Shown in pieces: positions 9,575-19,293 of a stretch of 64,000 bases of DNA. The position numbers were made by a program, and so were the translations under genes. The stretch is from the NCBI GenBank assembly GCA_016187745.1, contig JACPJC010000005.1, positions 234,437-298,436 of the forward strand. Reading direction: 5' to 3'. Within the stretch, counting starts at the first letter, position 1; every line of letters begins with the position of its first letter. A model generated the notes under the pieces. That model was not told the DNA's origin. It saw nothing but the letters and a program-made list of their open reading frames with translations, and did not search any database. This stretch comes from Candidatus Iainarchaeum sp. GTDB taxonomy: Archaea > Iainarchaeota > Iainarchaeia > Iainarchaeales > JAXPJC01.

Positions 9575-10553
9575 ACCAATTAAGCTAAATGCATTAAAAA
9601 ATCATGAGTCAAACTGGAAAACATTAGAACATACTGTTAAACTCTATAAAGAAGTTGGAAAACGCAACATATATCTCTTTGATTGGCTTCTTTATATGTG
9701 GGAAAATTTATATCTTTCTTGTGTTGATTTAAAATGCATTGACTCATTAAGCACCACTAAAACAAAGGTTGCTATTCTTGATACTCTTATTGATGATGTT
9801 GCAGATAGTACTAAAATAGAAGATGATTTTTTTTTAAATGAACTTTCTAAGTTTGCTTTTGAAAGAAAGTATATTGAATGGAATAAACTAAATCAATACC
9901 AAATAAAGTATATTAAAAATACCTTGGCTGTATGGGATGACATTATTGAAACTATCAAGAAATACCCCCGATTTGAAGAATTTAAGAGAATTCTCGAATG
10001 GGATGTTAATCAAGTAATTAATTCAATGAAGTTTGCTCATTTAGTGAATACTGTCCCTAATCTCAATAACTTGGTTGAAAATAGAGCTTATGGACACCAT
10101 AGTATGACAGTAATCATGTGTGGTACAATAGATTTAATGTGTTCTCCCTCATTCGATATGCGAGATTTTTCTAAAATTAGAAAAGTTCTATATTATGCCC
10201 AACAGTTAGCTAGAATTGGAAATATGATTAATACTTATCCAAGAGAAATAAATGAGGAGGATATCTCAAGTGAGATTCTCACAATGGCCATTGAAGATAA
10301 GATTATTGACTCAGAAAAATTAAAAAATAGTCTAAGGGATAAAAATAATGTTGTCTTAATTACTCAGTTAGTGAAAAAGTTTGATGAGTATTGGGATGAT
10401 CTCTATTTTAAGATAAAAGAGGTAGGTAGAGATATAAAGTCTATTGATATTAATGAGTTTTTGAGAGAAAGAAAATTCATTCAACAGAAATATGAGGAAC
10501 GAGTAAAATATTGGTTGAAAGATTATGCCGATAAACGATTCGTTGAATTTTAA
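9561..10553 (+). CDS. Class I terpene synthase / isoprenoid-synthase-fold protein
   Basis: DDxxD (IDDVAD) and NSE/DTE-type RIGNMINTYPRE metal-binding motifs; ~330 aa. Confidence 0.7.
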   Translation: MQENKPIKLNALKNHESNWKTLEHTVKLYKEVGKRNIYLFDWLLYMWENLYLSCVDLKCIDSLSTTKTKVAILDTLIDDVADSTKIEDDFFLNELSKFAFERKYIEWNKLNQYQIKYIKNTLAVWDDIIETIKKYPRFEEFKRILEWDVNQVINSMKFAHLVNTVPNLNNLVENRAYGHHSMTVIMCGTIDLMCSPSFDMRDFSKIRKVLYYAQQLARIGNMINTYPREINEEDISSEILTMAIEDKIIDSEKLKNSLRDKNNVVLITQLVKKFDEYWDDLYFKIKEVGRDIKSIDINEFLRERKFIQQKYEERVKYWLKDYADKRFVEF

Positions 10554-10578
10554 TGTTTTTTTAAGGTGCTGAAGACTA

Positions 10579-10791
10579 ATGGAAGACTCACATAAACGTT
10601 CTTTGGTTAAATCAATTACATATAGAGCAAGTGCAACATTAGCTTTAGCGATAATTTCTTGGTTTTATACAGGAAATCTTCTTGAGACATCGTTCATTAC
10701 AATAATTTTTACTATAGTAGCGACTATAATTTACTACTTCCATGAGAGGGTTTGGGATAGAATTAAGTGGGAAAGACACATAAGAAAATAG
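10579..10791 (+). CDS. DUF2061-like small membrane protein
   Basis: HKRSLVKSITYR...YYFHERVW pattern. Confidence 0.75.
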   Translation: MEDSHKRSLVKSITYRASATLALAIISWFYTGNLLETSFITIIFTIVATIIYYFHERVWDRIKWERHIRK

Positions 10792-10830
10792 TTATTGGAC
10801 AATCTCTTTGTAATTTAATTGTCATACCAT

Positions 10831-11694
10831 TTACCTGAAATATTTCATCAACTGTTTCTTCAAAAACTTTGCCATATCAGGATTTCTTGTTATTGTGAGG
10901 TCAAAATGCATCGGAGTTTTTAGTGTATTTCTGAAATATACCTCCCTGAAAAGGTCTGTAAGATTTTTGTTTCTGTTATACACTTCATCCAATATTTGTT
11001 TAGTTTCTGCAGAAGATACAACTTCAATTATACAATCTCCTTGAACATACAGCGAGTCATCGAATAGTTGTTCCTTTGTGCCTATTTTTACATTGCTTAC
11101 ACCTGCTCTTAGAAATTGTTTTTGAAGCCATTTATCAAATGGGCTGGCCAATGAAACAATAGCGTAAGTCTTCTTACAGTTTCTGGCAACGCCTTGCAAA
11201 ATCGCAAAATCTTTGAAATTGAATCTTAATGGCCAATACATGTGCCTGAACCAAGCAATTGCTGTTGGGTCACTATCTCCTGCTAAGATTCTATTTGCAA
11301 GCAACTCTGCTATAAAAACGGATAAAACGCTAAAGTCATTAAACTCCAATTTAATAGTCCCCTTGAAATTCGGATCAATGTCATAAATCATCCCTTCTTT
11401 GTTGTATAGTTTTTCCAAATTTGTAGAGAATTTCTTTATATTTGAAATCCAATCCTTGTTCAACTCATATTTTGCTCCCGCCCTGTAAATAATTCTGTTT
11501 TCTTCAAGCTGTTTTAAACTTTTATGGATAGCCTGGTAAGAAACATTTAACGAGAGCTGCCTCTTGGTTCTGCCATAAATTTCCTTAGCGCTCAATGGCC
11601 ACTCCTGGCTTAGTATGGAGATGATGGCGTCTTTGGTGGTATTTTGTTTGGTGTTCAATTGCGGAATTATGGGATTAACCGGCATCTTATTCAC
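10831..11694 (-). CDS. wHTH plus sensor-domain regulator, paralog 5 of the tandem array
   Basis: AIISILSQEWPLSAKEI...VSYQAIHK; close paralog of 11687..12547. Confidence 0.75.
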   Translation of the reverse strand: MNKMPVNPIIPQLNTKQNTTKDAIISILSQEWPLSAKEIYGRTKRQLSLNVSYQAIHKSLKQLEENRIIYRAGAKYELNKDWISNIKKFSTNLEKLYNKEGMIYDIDPNFKGTIKLEFNDFSVLSVFIAELLANRILAGDSDPTAIAWFRHMYWPLRFNFKDFAILQGVARNCKKTYAIVSLASPFDKWLQKQFLRAGVSNVKIGTKEQLFDDSLYVQGDCIIEVVSSAETKQILDEVYNRNKNLTDLFREVYFRNTLKTPMHFDLTITRNPDMAKFLKKQLMKYFR

Positions 11695-12547
11695 TCCTGA
11701 AATATTTCATCAATTGCCTTTTCAAAAATTTTGCCATTGAAGGGTCCCGTGTTATTGTAACCTCAAAATGCATTGGAGCCTTTAACGCGTCCCTGAAATA
11801 CACTTCCCTGAAAAGATCTGTAATATTCTTGTTTCTGTTGTATATCTCATCCAATATCTGTTTAGTTCTTTGGGAGGCATTGAATTTTATCACGCTATCC
11901 CCGTGAACTATTAAATCATAATCAAATAGCTCTTCCCCAATCCCTATTTTTACACCTTTGAAACCGGCTTTCAAATACTGCTTCTGGACCCATTTATCAA
12001 ACAAGCTGGCTGAAGAGGCAATAACATAGGCATTTTTGCAGTTTTTGCCTATGCGTTGAAGAAGCTCGAAATCCTTAAAGTTAAATCTTAGCGGCCAATA
12101 GAGGTGCCTAAGCCAGCCAATTGCCATGGGGGCGCTATCTCCCACCAACGTATTGCTTGAGAGTATTTCCGCAAAAGTAACAATCATAACTGCATAATCA
12201 TTAAACTGCCACTTAATTGTCCCCCTAAAGTTCCGGTCAATTTCATAAACCATCTCGTCTTTATTGTATAATTTCTCCAGGTTTGTAAAAGATTTCTTTG
12301 TGTTTGAGATCCAGCTTCTGTTCAGCTCATATTCCCGCCCGACCTTGGAAATAATTCCCTCTTTTTCAAATTGCTTTATTGTTTTGTGGACGGCCTGATA
12401 GGAAACATTCAAGGAAAGCTGCCTTCGGGCCCTGTTGTGGATTTCTTTTGCGGATAGGGGCCATTCTTGGCTAAGAATTGAGACAATTGCATCTTTGGCA
12501 GTTTTTTGCTTGGGATTTAATTGCGGAATTACAATATTGGTTGTCAT
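11687..12547 (-). CDS. wHTH plus sensor-domain regulator, paralog 4
   Basis: AIVSILSQEWPLSAKEI...VSYQAVHK; C-terminal MAKFLKRQLMKYF. Confidence 0.75.
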   Translation of the reverse strand: MTTNIVIPQLNPKQKTAKDAIVSILSQEWPLSAKEIHNRARRQLSLNVSYQAVHKTIKQFEKEGIISKVGREYELNRSWISNTKKSFTNLEKLYNKDEMVYEIDRNFRGTIKWQFNDYAVMIVTFAEILSSNTLVGDSAPMAIGWLRHLYWPLRFNFKDFELLQRIGKNCKNAYVIASSASLFDKWVQKQYLKAGFKGVKIGIGEELFDYDLIVHGDSVIKFNASQRTKQILDEIYNRNKNITDLFREVYFRDALKAPMHFEVTITRDPSMAKFLKRQLMKYFRSE

Positions 12548-13404
12548 TTTTTATCGCCTTCAAAATACTTCAAATATTCCTCTCTTATCTGGTCAGCAAG
12601 AACCTGGTTCCTTGTTATGACCATGTTGATTATCGGCTTTGCATCCCTCATTCTGTCCAGATGGGATGCCAGATTGAATTCAGTAATGGTTTTCGGCGAT
12701 TTGTTCTGCAAATACCATGCGTGCCTGAAATCAGGCGAATACCATATCTGCCCTACATAATCCCCTATAACTATCGTATCGCACAAGGGAGTAGCGCACT
12801 CAACCCCAAACATGATGTGCTTTGCCCCGAAACCTTTCAAGCCATCTGCAAACATCCTGTCCAATAAATTATCTTCCTGCGAGAAGATATAGTATGGAGT
12901 TTTTGCAAAAACCTCTTTTAATTCCGCATAATCCTCGTCTTTCAGGCCGACTATTGAGTAAATATTCCTCCATAAGCAGATATTCGGCTTGTTTTTTGGG
13001 TTTGGATACTGCATATATATTCCAATCAGGAATCTTGCAAGCTCCAGAATTCCGATGAATGTGAGATTGGCAACATCCTTTTTGTGCAGGTCTTTAAGCT
13101 CATTAATCCCGATCTTGCCGGAATAATGCAGGTCCAGCGTGGCTGCGGAATGTTTGACTCTTTTGATCCAGTCCTTGTTCAGGGAATATTCATTCTCTTG
13201 CTTTTCCAATACTTTGTCATCCAGCAGCTGCAGAAGCAATTTGTGCACCGCCTGATAGCTGACATTCAGGCCATGCTCCCTAATAACTTTATTGTAAATC
13301 TTCTTTGCACTAAGCGGCCATTCCTGGCTTAAAATTGAGATAATTACGTCCTTGGTAGATTTATTCTTAGAAGCCAGCTGCGGAATTTGAATATCATCAA
13401 TCAT
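12544..13404 (-). CDS. wHTH plus sensor-domain regulator, paralog 3
   Basis: SILSQEWPLSAKKI...VSYQAVHK; ATGA overlaps with neighbours. Confidence 0.75.
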   Translation of the reverse strand: MIDDIQIPQLASKNKSTKDVIISILSQEWPLSAKKIYNKVIREHGLNVSYQAVHKLLLQLLDDKVLEKQENEYSLNKDWIKRVKHSAATLDLHYSGKIGINELKDLHKKDVANLTFIGILELARFLIGIYMQYPNPKNKPNICLWRNIYSIVGLKDEDYAELKEVFAKTPYYIFSQEDNLLDRMFADGLKGFGAKHIMFGVECATPLCDTIVIGDYVGQIWYSPDFRHAWYLQNKSPKTITEFNLASHLDRMRDAKPIINMVITRNQVLADQIREEYLKYFEGDKK

Positions 13405-14252
13405 TTTCTCTCTCCCTTGAAATATTCCATTGTCTGTTCCCTGATTCTGTCTGCAACTTCCCGATTCTTTGAAACTATAACATTGAACTTATCACTATGC
13501 TCATATATGAGCATCAGCAGTTTGCTAAGTCTCAGTTTGTCTAAAATTCTAGCAATTTTGCAGTATCTAAGCCAGTCCTTTCTGAATTTTGGTGAGAAAT
13601 AAATTAGCCCAACGTAATCTCCCTGGACCATCGTGTCAGGATTAAAGGGAATATCAGCCCCCAATAGAACTTTTGCCCCAAGACCTGTGAAGTTTTCAGC
13701 AAATATCTTGTCCATTGTTGTCTGGTTGTGCCCCAACATATAGTATTGTGTTTGTGAAAGCCTTTGCCTTAATCTCCGGTATTCCGAATCGGAAAGGCTG
13801 ATTGGGGGGTAGATGCTCCACCAATGACAAATTCCTGGCTTCTTGTCAGGATTTGGATATGCAAAAAATACATCCAAGATGAATCTCGCCAGATCCATAG
13901 GGTCATTAAATGTGAAATTGAATACTTCCTGATTTTCAGAATGTTTCATTGATGCAGGAATTTTAGTTATGTATGCCCTTTCTATGAATTCCCCGAAATT
14001 CTTAATGCTTCTAATCCAATCCAGGTTTAACATAAATCCTTTTTCAATCTTCTTTATTTGCCCTGCACTTTCCATCTCATTCAAAGTTTTATGAACTGCC
14101 TGATATGAAATCGCAATCGTACGCTTTCTAAGCAAGCGATTGCAAATCTCTTTGGCACTCAAAGGCCACTCTTCAGCCAAGATTGCAATAATTTGGTCTT
14201 TCGTTGATTTTGATTTAGAATTCAGCTGTGGGATTGAAATGTCCATAGCCAT
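13401..14252 (-). CDS. wHTH plus sensor-domain regulator, paralog 2
   Basis: AILAEEWPLSAKEI...ISYQAVHK. Confidence 0.75.
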   Translation of the reverse strand: MAMDISIPQLNSKSKSTKDQIIAILAEEWPLSAKEICNRLLRKRTIAISYQAVHKTLNEMESAGQIKKIEKGFMLNLDWIRSIKNFGEFIERAYITKIPASMKHSENQEVFNFTFNDPMDLARFILDVFFAYPNPDKKPGICHWWSIYPPISLSDSEYRRLRQRLSQTQYYMLGHNQTTMDKIFAENFTGLGAKVLLGADIPFNPDTMVQGDYVGLIYFSPKFRKDWLRYCKIARILDKLRLSKLLMLIYEHSDKFNVIVSKNREVADRIREQTMEYFKGERK

Positions 14253-14253
14253 T

Positions 14254-15096
14254 TTACTCCCCCTTCCTGAAATATGACAAGGTCTGCTTTTTCAGGAATT
14301 GCGCAAGCCCTTTGTTGCGGTTGATTACCACAGGGATCCTGACCTTTTTCTCAAACACGTTCCTGAAAAACCCGTCAGCATCAATGTCATTTGCGCCTGA
14401 TGCGCGCTCATAAACCTTGTCAATTTCGTATTTTATTGCCTGGGGGTAAAAGACCTCTGCTACAATGTCCTTGTATATTACCATGTCAATAGTGGATGCT
14501 GAGTCAACACCGCACTTTGCATGAATTCCTTTCTTACGCCAAAAATTGCAGAACTGCCTGTCAATTGCGGTATTGCCCCTTGTTATGGAATATGTATTGC
14601 ATGCAGCCAGGATTTCATTCATCTGCCTGTATTCCTCCATAAACATAAAAAGCGGTATCCAGAAATGGGTCCAGTGCAGGCAAAGAACCTCTTTTTTGCC
14701 TGAGATTTCCTTCTTCCCAAATCCTATAAGGAATTTGTCCACATCATAAACCGAATTAAACATGAGATTCAATGGATTGGCGTTTGGATTCTGCGGCTCA
14801 TTTAACGCATATGCTGTTTCCAGATGCTCGCTGAATTCCTTAATATTCTTTATCCATTCGTTGTCCAGCAGATATGCCATGCCCTGGCTTGCTATTATCC
14901 TGTGCGATTGAAGCGTATTGAGCGTCTTATGAACCGCCTGATAGGAAATGCCGATTGCCTGCTGCCTGCGGAGCTTGTTGTAAATCTGCTTGGCTGTAAG
15001 GGGCCACTCTTCGCTGAGTATTGAAATAATCGCGTCCTTCGTGGAGCCTGCTTTTGAACCGAATTGCGGCAGGATTGGGCTTGAGCCTGTAGGCAT
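14254..15096 (-). CDS. wHTH plus sensor-domain regulator, paralog 1
   Basis: SILSEEWPLTAKQI...ISYQAVHK; start moved to MPTGSS to match paralog lengths and clear the promoter. Confidence 0.75.
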   Translation of the reverse strand: MPTGSSPILPQFGSKAGSTKDAIISILSEEWPLTAKQIYNKLRRQQAIGISYQAVHKTLNTLQSHRIIASQGMAYLLDNEWIKNIKEFSEHLETAYALNEPQNPNANPLNLMFNSVYDVDKFLIGFGKKEISGKKEVLCLHWTHFWIPLFMFMEEYRQMNEILAACNTYSITRGNTAIDRQFCNFWRKKGIHAKCGVDSASTIDMVIYKDIVAEVFYPQAIKYEIDKVYERASGANDIDADGFFRNVFEKKVRIPVVINRNKGLAQFLKKQTLSYFRKGE

Positions 15097-15135
15097 AATA
15101 AGTAAATATAGTGGAGGGGAAGCTTTTTTAAATTC

Positions 15136-15176
15136 AACCATTTAGTTGATTTCTGTTCAACCGCAGGTATATTAAT
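15136..15176. promoter_or_regulatory. Repeated promoter/operator element, copy 1 (GTTGA-N7-TCAAC plus TATATTAA)
   Basis: 41 bp identical to 19294-19334; lies between divergent regulator genes. Confidence 0.7.
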
Positions 15177-15199
15177 CCTCAGAGCGGGAATTCTGAAAG

Positions 15200-15514
15200 A
15201 TGAGTGCAATGTACGAAATGACAAGGCTTCTTTCAGCAAAAACTGCAAAGCGCAAAACTCTTGCAGACCTTGCAGTTGCTATCCTGGGCAGGGAATGGCC
15301 CCTTTCCTTAAATGCCATACACCAGAAAATAACCAAAGGACATGGAAAAGCCGCATCAATCCAGGCAACCCATAAAAGCCTTGCAAGGCTTGTAAGGCAA
15401 AATGTTCTTCTGAAAAGTAAAAAACGCTACAGACTGAGCCCGAAATGGCTTGAGCAGGTAAATAATTTCAGCATGCAGACGAAAGAGGCTTATGCGTTGT
15501 CATGTAACAGCTAA
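15200..15514 (+). CDS. Stand-alone wHTH of the same family, lacking the sensor domain
   Basis: AILGREWPLSLNAI...ASIQATHK...KWL; 104 aa. Confidence 0.7.
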   Translation: MSAMYEMTRLLSAKTAKRKTLADLAVAILGREWPLSLNAIHQKITKGHGKAASIQATHKSLARLVRQNVLLKSKKRYRLSPKWLEQVNNFSMQTKEAYALSCNS

Positions 15515-15529
15515 ACACACATTGAGACT

Positions 15530-18151
15530 GTGATGAAAATGAATGAATTTTACCATGCTAGAAGACTTAAGATTCTTGAACTCATGAAACAAGAAAAGAC
15601 ACAACACCCCAACAAAAATTATCTTTCTATTCACAAACAGGTATGTAGTTATCCTGTTTTGTCAATCGTTGCTCCAGTCGTAGACAGCTATCAGGATAAA
15701 ATAGAGTTTCCTGGCGACCCAATGTGCTTGTACACTGCCCTCGCTTACCCAATCAAGCAAGTAGTGGACCACGTTGATAAAGTTTCAAAAGAGTTTGATC
15801 AATTTCCAGAGAGAAAAATTGGCTTCTACAACGACCTTTTCCCACAATGGTTTCAACTTCCATCTAACGGCTACAGAAACTTTGCTTCCGAAGAACAAAT
15901 ATCAAAGTATGACTACAAAGACGGTGACTTTTTTAACACAGACCAACTAGTTTTTGATCCGCGAGCATGGACACCTGATACCAAAGATTGTCTAAATAGG
16001 CTGTTGAACTTTATAGATCCAAAAGTCGTATTGATTAGTGGGGTTTCTTCGGCGCAAAAATTTGTAGTTGAAATTGCAAAGATCGTGAAAGACTATAATG
16101 ATAAAATAATAATCATAGTGGGGGGACGGCACGCAGATGAAACAATAAAAGAAAAAAATGGTGAAATTGTTTTTGAACAGGCTAGCATAGTAAGTGCTAT
16201 TGCAGAAAAAAGAATACTGCCCGTAATTGACATTGTGTTATCTGGCGAGGGCTATTATGCGTTAGATTTTCTCATGAAAACAATATCCCAAAGTATGGAT
16301 ATTGAAAAAAAGATTGTTTTGGATTCAAAGATTTTGCTTGAATCGCTTACAAAAAAAGAGCATTTGTTAGCAAAGGTTCTAGGAAAGGCAATCATCACCT
16401 GTCTTATCGGAGGAAAAATACGATTTTTTGTGACAAGTGGGAAAAAAACAAGATTGGAATACCCCTTTGTAATTAGAGCACGTTTTTCTGTATTCTCTGA
16501 AAAAGAGAATAAACCGCCAATAACCGCCCACATAAATACTTCACACACTTGCCTTTACAGTTGCTTATATTGTTCAGAAGGCAAAAATGTCGTCAATCGA
16601 AATGTGTATGCTAGCGAAAAAAGATACTTTAAAAAAACAATCAAAGACTATTTGGATTATGGGGCATTGGCATTCTTTTTTGATGATTCAGTCCTTTGCG
16701 GTGGGAACATTGCAAGAATTGGAATTTTGCTAGAAGCGCTTTCAGAATTAAGGGAAGAAGCGAAAAAGAAAATGAAAACATTCTCCTATTTGGATCCCTG
16801 TCTTGAGAAAGTGTACAGGACAGCAAATTTTGAATGGGGGGCTCAGCTAACATTTGATTCAATTACAACAGTCTTGCCAAAGGAAGAAGCGAGAAACATT
16901 CTGAAAAAAATGAATGAAACTGGTTGCAGATACTTGTATTTTGGCATTGAGAGCCTTGCTGAAAAAGTAATAAGAAATGTCCACAAGAACTTGCCCAACA
17001 AGGATGCTGATTGGCTGGAAAAAACAATAAAAGCGCTGGAACTAGTTAAAGAGGCAAATATCCGTGCAGGTGCTTCCGTTTTATTTGGGTTGCCTGGAGA
17101 AACAATGCAAACAATAGACTTCACCATCAATGAGGTCGCAAAACTGGTGCGAAAAAACCTTCTTTTAATAGTCAGCCCAAACATCCTTTCATATCATCCA
17201 GGAACACTAATAACTGAAATGGATTCTGCGAAGGAGAAAATAGATTATTTTAACCAAATAGAGGATATCAGTCCACCCTATTCTTATTTTGAAGAAGCAT
17301 TCAGATGCCTTGTTTCAATAAGGCTAACCGAGGAAATGATTTGGCACATTCATAATCAAACAAAATTAAAATGGAAAAAACACCGCAACATGAATTTAAT
17401 GAAGATCCCCAGACTTCCGATGGATATCACAAAAGAAAGACTGGTGAGTTTTTATTCCACTATTGGAAATAGGCTTGTAGAACAAAAAAATTATCCCCCC
17501 GAAATCAATGAATTTCTTGAACTAGAAAAAAAGTTGTTTAAAGACTTGGTTAAAAAAGAAAACTGCAAAATTATTGTTGAAGTTGGTTGCATGGATACTG
17601 GGTTCATTCTTCAAGAAACCATAGAAGCTGGACTTTCCTATATTGGAATAGATGTGGTTAAGGAATTGGTTGAAAAACTAAATACAACAATATCCAATTC
17701 TGCTTTTGATAAAGGCATAAACACAGCAATAGCCTATAATCAGGGGGTGGAAGAACTGTCGAAAATTATCAAAAAAAGTAAATTGACTGCTGGAGAAACA
17801 TTAGCTGTCTTTCCATTCAACAGTTTTGGCAATATCACAGACCCAGAAAAAGCAGTTAATGAAATATGCAAACTTGGAATGAACATGGCAGTATTTACCT
17901 ACAAAACAGATCCTCAAACAACAAAAATCAGAAAAAAATATTATTTCAACTGCGACTACAAGAATACAAAAGAGTTAAAAGAAGATAAAGGGATATTATT
18001 TCAGTCGGAAGATGGTTTAATGTCTTACGCCTATAAGGAGTCATACATAAAAAAATTGTTGTCCAAAAGAGACTATGAATACAAATTAATCAAGTTTGGT
18101 GCAATTGGAGCCTTATATTTTTGCAAAAAAAGGAGGATGCCAAATGGATAA
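15530..18151 (+). CDS. Cobalamin-dependent-type radical SAM enzyme fused to a C-terminal SAM-methyltransferase-like domain
   Basis: IIVGGRH/LSGEG B12-domain features, CLYSCLYC, FFFDDS, YFGIES, FGLPGET; C-terminal IVEVGC...YIGID. Confidence 0.8.
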   Translation: MMKMNEFYHARRLKILELMKQEKTQHPNKNYLSIHKQVCSYPVLSIVAPVVDSYQDKIEFPGDPMCLYTALAYPIKQVVDHVDKVSKEFDQFPERKIGFYNDLFPQWFQLPSNGYRNFASEEQISKYDYKDGDFFNTDQLVFDPRAWTPDTKDCLNRLLNFIDPKVVLISGVSSAQKFVVEIAKIVKDYNDKIIIIVGGRHADETIKEKNGEIVFEQASIVSAIAEKRILPVIDIVLSGEGYYALDFLMKTISQSMDIEKKIVLDSKILLESLTKKEHLLAKVLGKAIITCLIGGKIRFFVTSGKKTRLEYPFVIRARFSVFSEKENKPPITAHINTSHTCLYSCLYCSEGKNVVNRNVYASEKRYFKKTIKDYLDYGALAFFFDDSVLCGGNIARIGILLEALSELREEAKKKMKTFSYLDPCLEKVYRTANFEWGAQLTFDSITTVLPKEEARNILKKMNETGCRYLYFGIESLAEKVIRNVHKNLPNKDADWLEKTIKALELVKEANIRAGASVLFGLPGETMQTIDFTINEVAKLVRKNLLLIVSPNILSYHPGTLITEMDSAKEKIDYFNQIEDISPPYSYFEEAFRCLVSIRLTEEMIWHIHNQTKLKWKKHRNMNLMKIPRLPMDITKERLVSFYSTIGNRLVEQKNYPPEINEFLELEKKLFKDLVKKENCKIIVEVGCMDTGFILQETIEAGLSYIGIDVVKELVEKLNTTISNSAFDKGINTAIAYNQGVEELSKIIKKSKLTAGETLAVFPFNSFGNITDPEKAVNEICKLGMNMAVFTYKTDPQTTKIRKKYYFNCDYKNTKELKEDKGILFQSEDGLMSYAYKESYIKKLLSKRDYEYKLIKFGAIGALYFCKKRRMPNG

Positions 18152-18950
18152 CAGAATAAAAATAAATGTAAAAGAGAATTTTGAAGAAAGACTCTCCGGG
18201 CTGGAAATAGGTTACATATACTTCTATGGAGTGAATAATACTGCCAACAATCCAATCGTTGACGATGCAATAAGGACTGCTTGCAAAGAAGTAATCGAAA
18301 GATACAAAGACACAAACACTATTGCAGAAAACCCCGCAATAAAAGGAATACGCTCACTGTTCTCAAAAATAGGGATTGACCCAACGAAAGAAAGACCGTC
18401 CGGAGAAGCACTCATCAGAAGAGTCACAAGTGGCAAAGGAATATACCGAATAAACCCGGTCGTAGACATAAACAATGTTGTATCTATTCTATCAGGCTAT
18501 CCCTGCGGGGTCTATGATGCTGAAAAAATTGCCGGAAATGAGATTAAAGTTTCTATTGGCGGAAAAGGTTTAATCTTTGAGGGCATCGGAGGAAGACCGA
18601 TAAATGGCGAAGGCAGAATTCTCACAGAGGACAGCCATTCTGTTTTCGGTGGGCCAGTAGCAGACTCAAAAAGAACCTCCATCACACCACGAACAACAAA
18701 AGTACTAATGCTAATATACCACCCAAGCAACGCACCAAAAGAACTACTCAAAAAAGCAATTGAACTAGCACAAACTAAAATGGCTTCCGCCGTTAAGGCC
18801 AATATAGCTTATGCAGATGTCTGCCGCATAGGCCAAAACCCCCATTCCCAAACACCACTACCTAACATAAAGCGGTTTATGGAGAAAGAAAGAACCCTTA
18901 AAAAAAATTATTTCAACATAAGCAGAAAAAGACCAAAACCACTTATTTAG
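18144..18950 (+). CDS. Stand-alone B3/4 domain protein (putative aminoacyl-tRNA trans-editing factor)
   Basis: GIDPTK.RPSGEALIRR, INPVVDINN..S, GVYD; AGGAGG RBS upstream. Confidence 0.85.
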   Translation: MDNRIKINVKENFEERLSGLEIGYIYFYGVNNTANNPIVDDAIRTACKEVIERYKDTNTIAENPAIKGIRSLFSKIGIDPTKERPSGEALIRRVTSGKGIYRINPVVDINNVVSILSGYPCGVYDAEKIAGNEIKVSIGGKGLIFEGIGGRPINGEGRILTEDSHSVFGGPVADSKRTSITPRTTKVLMLIYHPSNAPKELLKKAIELAQTKMASAVKANIAYADVCRIGQNPHSQTPLPNIKRFMEKERTLKKNYFNISRKRPKPLI

Positions 18951-18959
18951 AGGGATTAA

Positions 18960-19256
18960 ATGAAACTAGTAAGGGATAAAATTCCAGAAATAATGGACGC
19001 AAAAGGAAAGAAGCCAATAATTCATACCGCCAGTGCTGATGAGTTTAAGAGGAATCTGATTGAAAAGCTTAATGAAGAAGTATTAGAAATAAAAAAAGAG
19101 TTAAATGCTGAGGAATTGGCAGATCTGCTTGAAGTTATATATTCTTTGGGCAAATTAATTTGGCTGACACCGCAAGACCTTGAAAAGATAAGAATAAAAA
19201 AAGCTGAAGAGAACGGCGACTTTTCAAAAAAGATAATATTGGAAAACCCGAAATAA
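18960..19256 (+). CDS. MazG-like NTP pyrophosphohydrolase
   Basis: KLVRDKIPEI, KL.EE..E, EELADLLEVI. Confidence 0.85.
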   Translation: MKLVRDKIPEIMDAKGKKPIIHTASADEFKRNLIEKLNEEVLEIKKELNAEELADLLEVIYSLGKLIWLTPQDLEKIRIKKAEENGDFSKKIILENPK

Positions 19257-19293
19257 GCTAAAAACAATTCCAAAATAATGCTTCTTAGCATTA

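Noticed and set aside
10831-12547. Similar regulator pair as DGR template/variable repeats
   Set aside because: Differences are not adenine-specific and no reverse transcriptase is present; ordinary duplication
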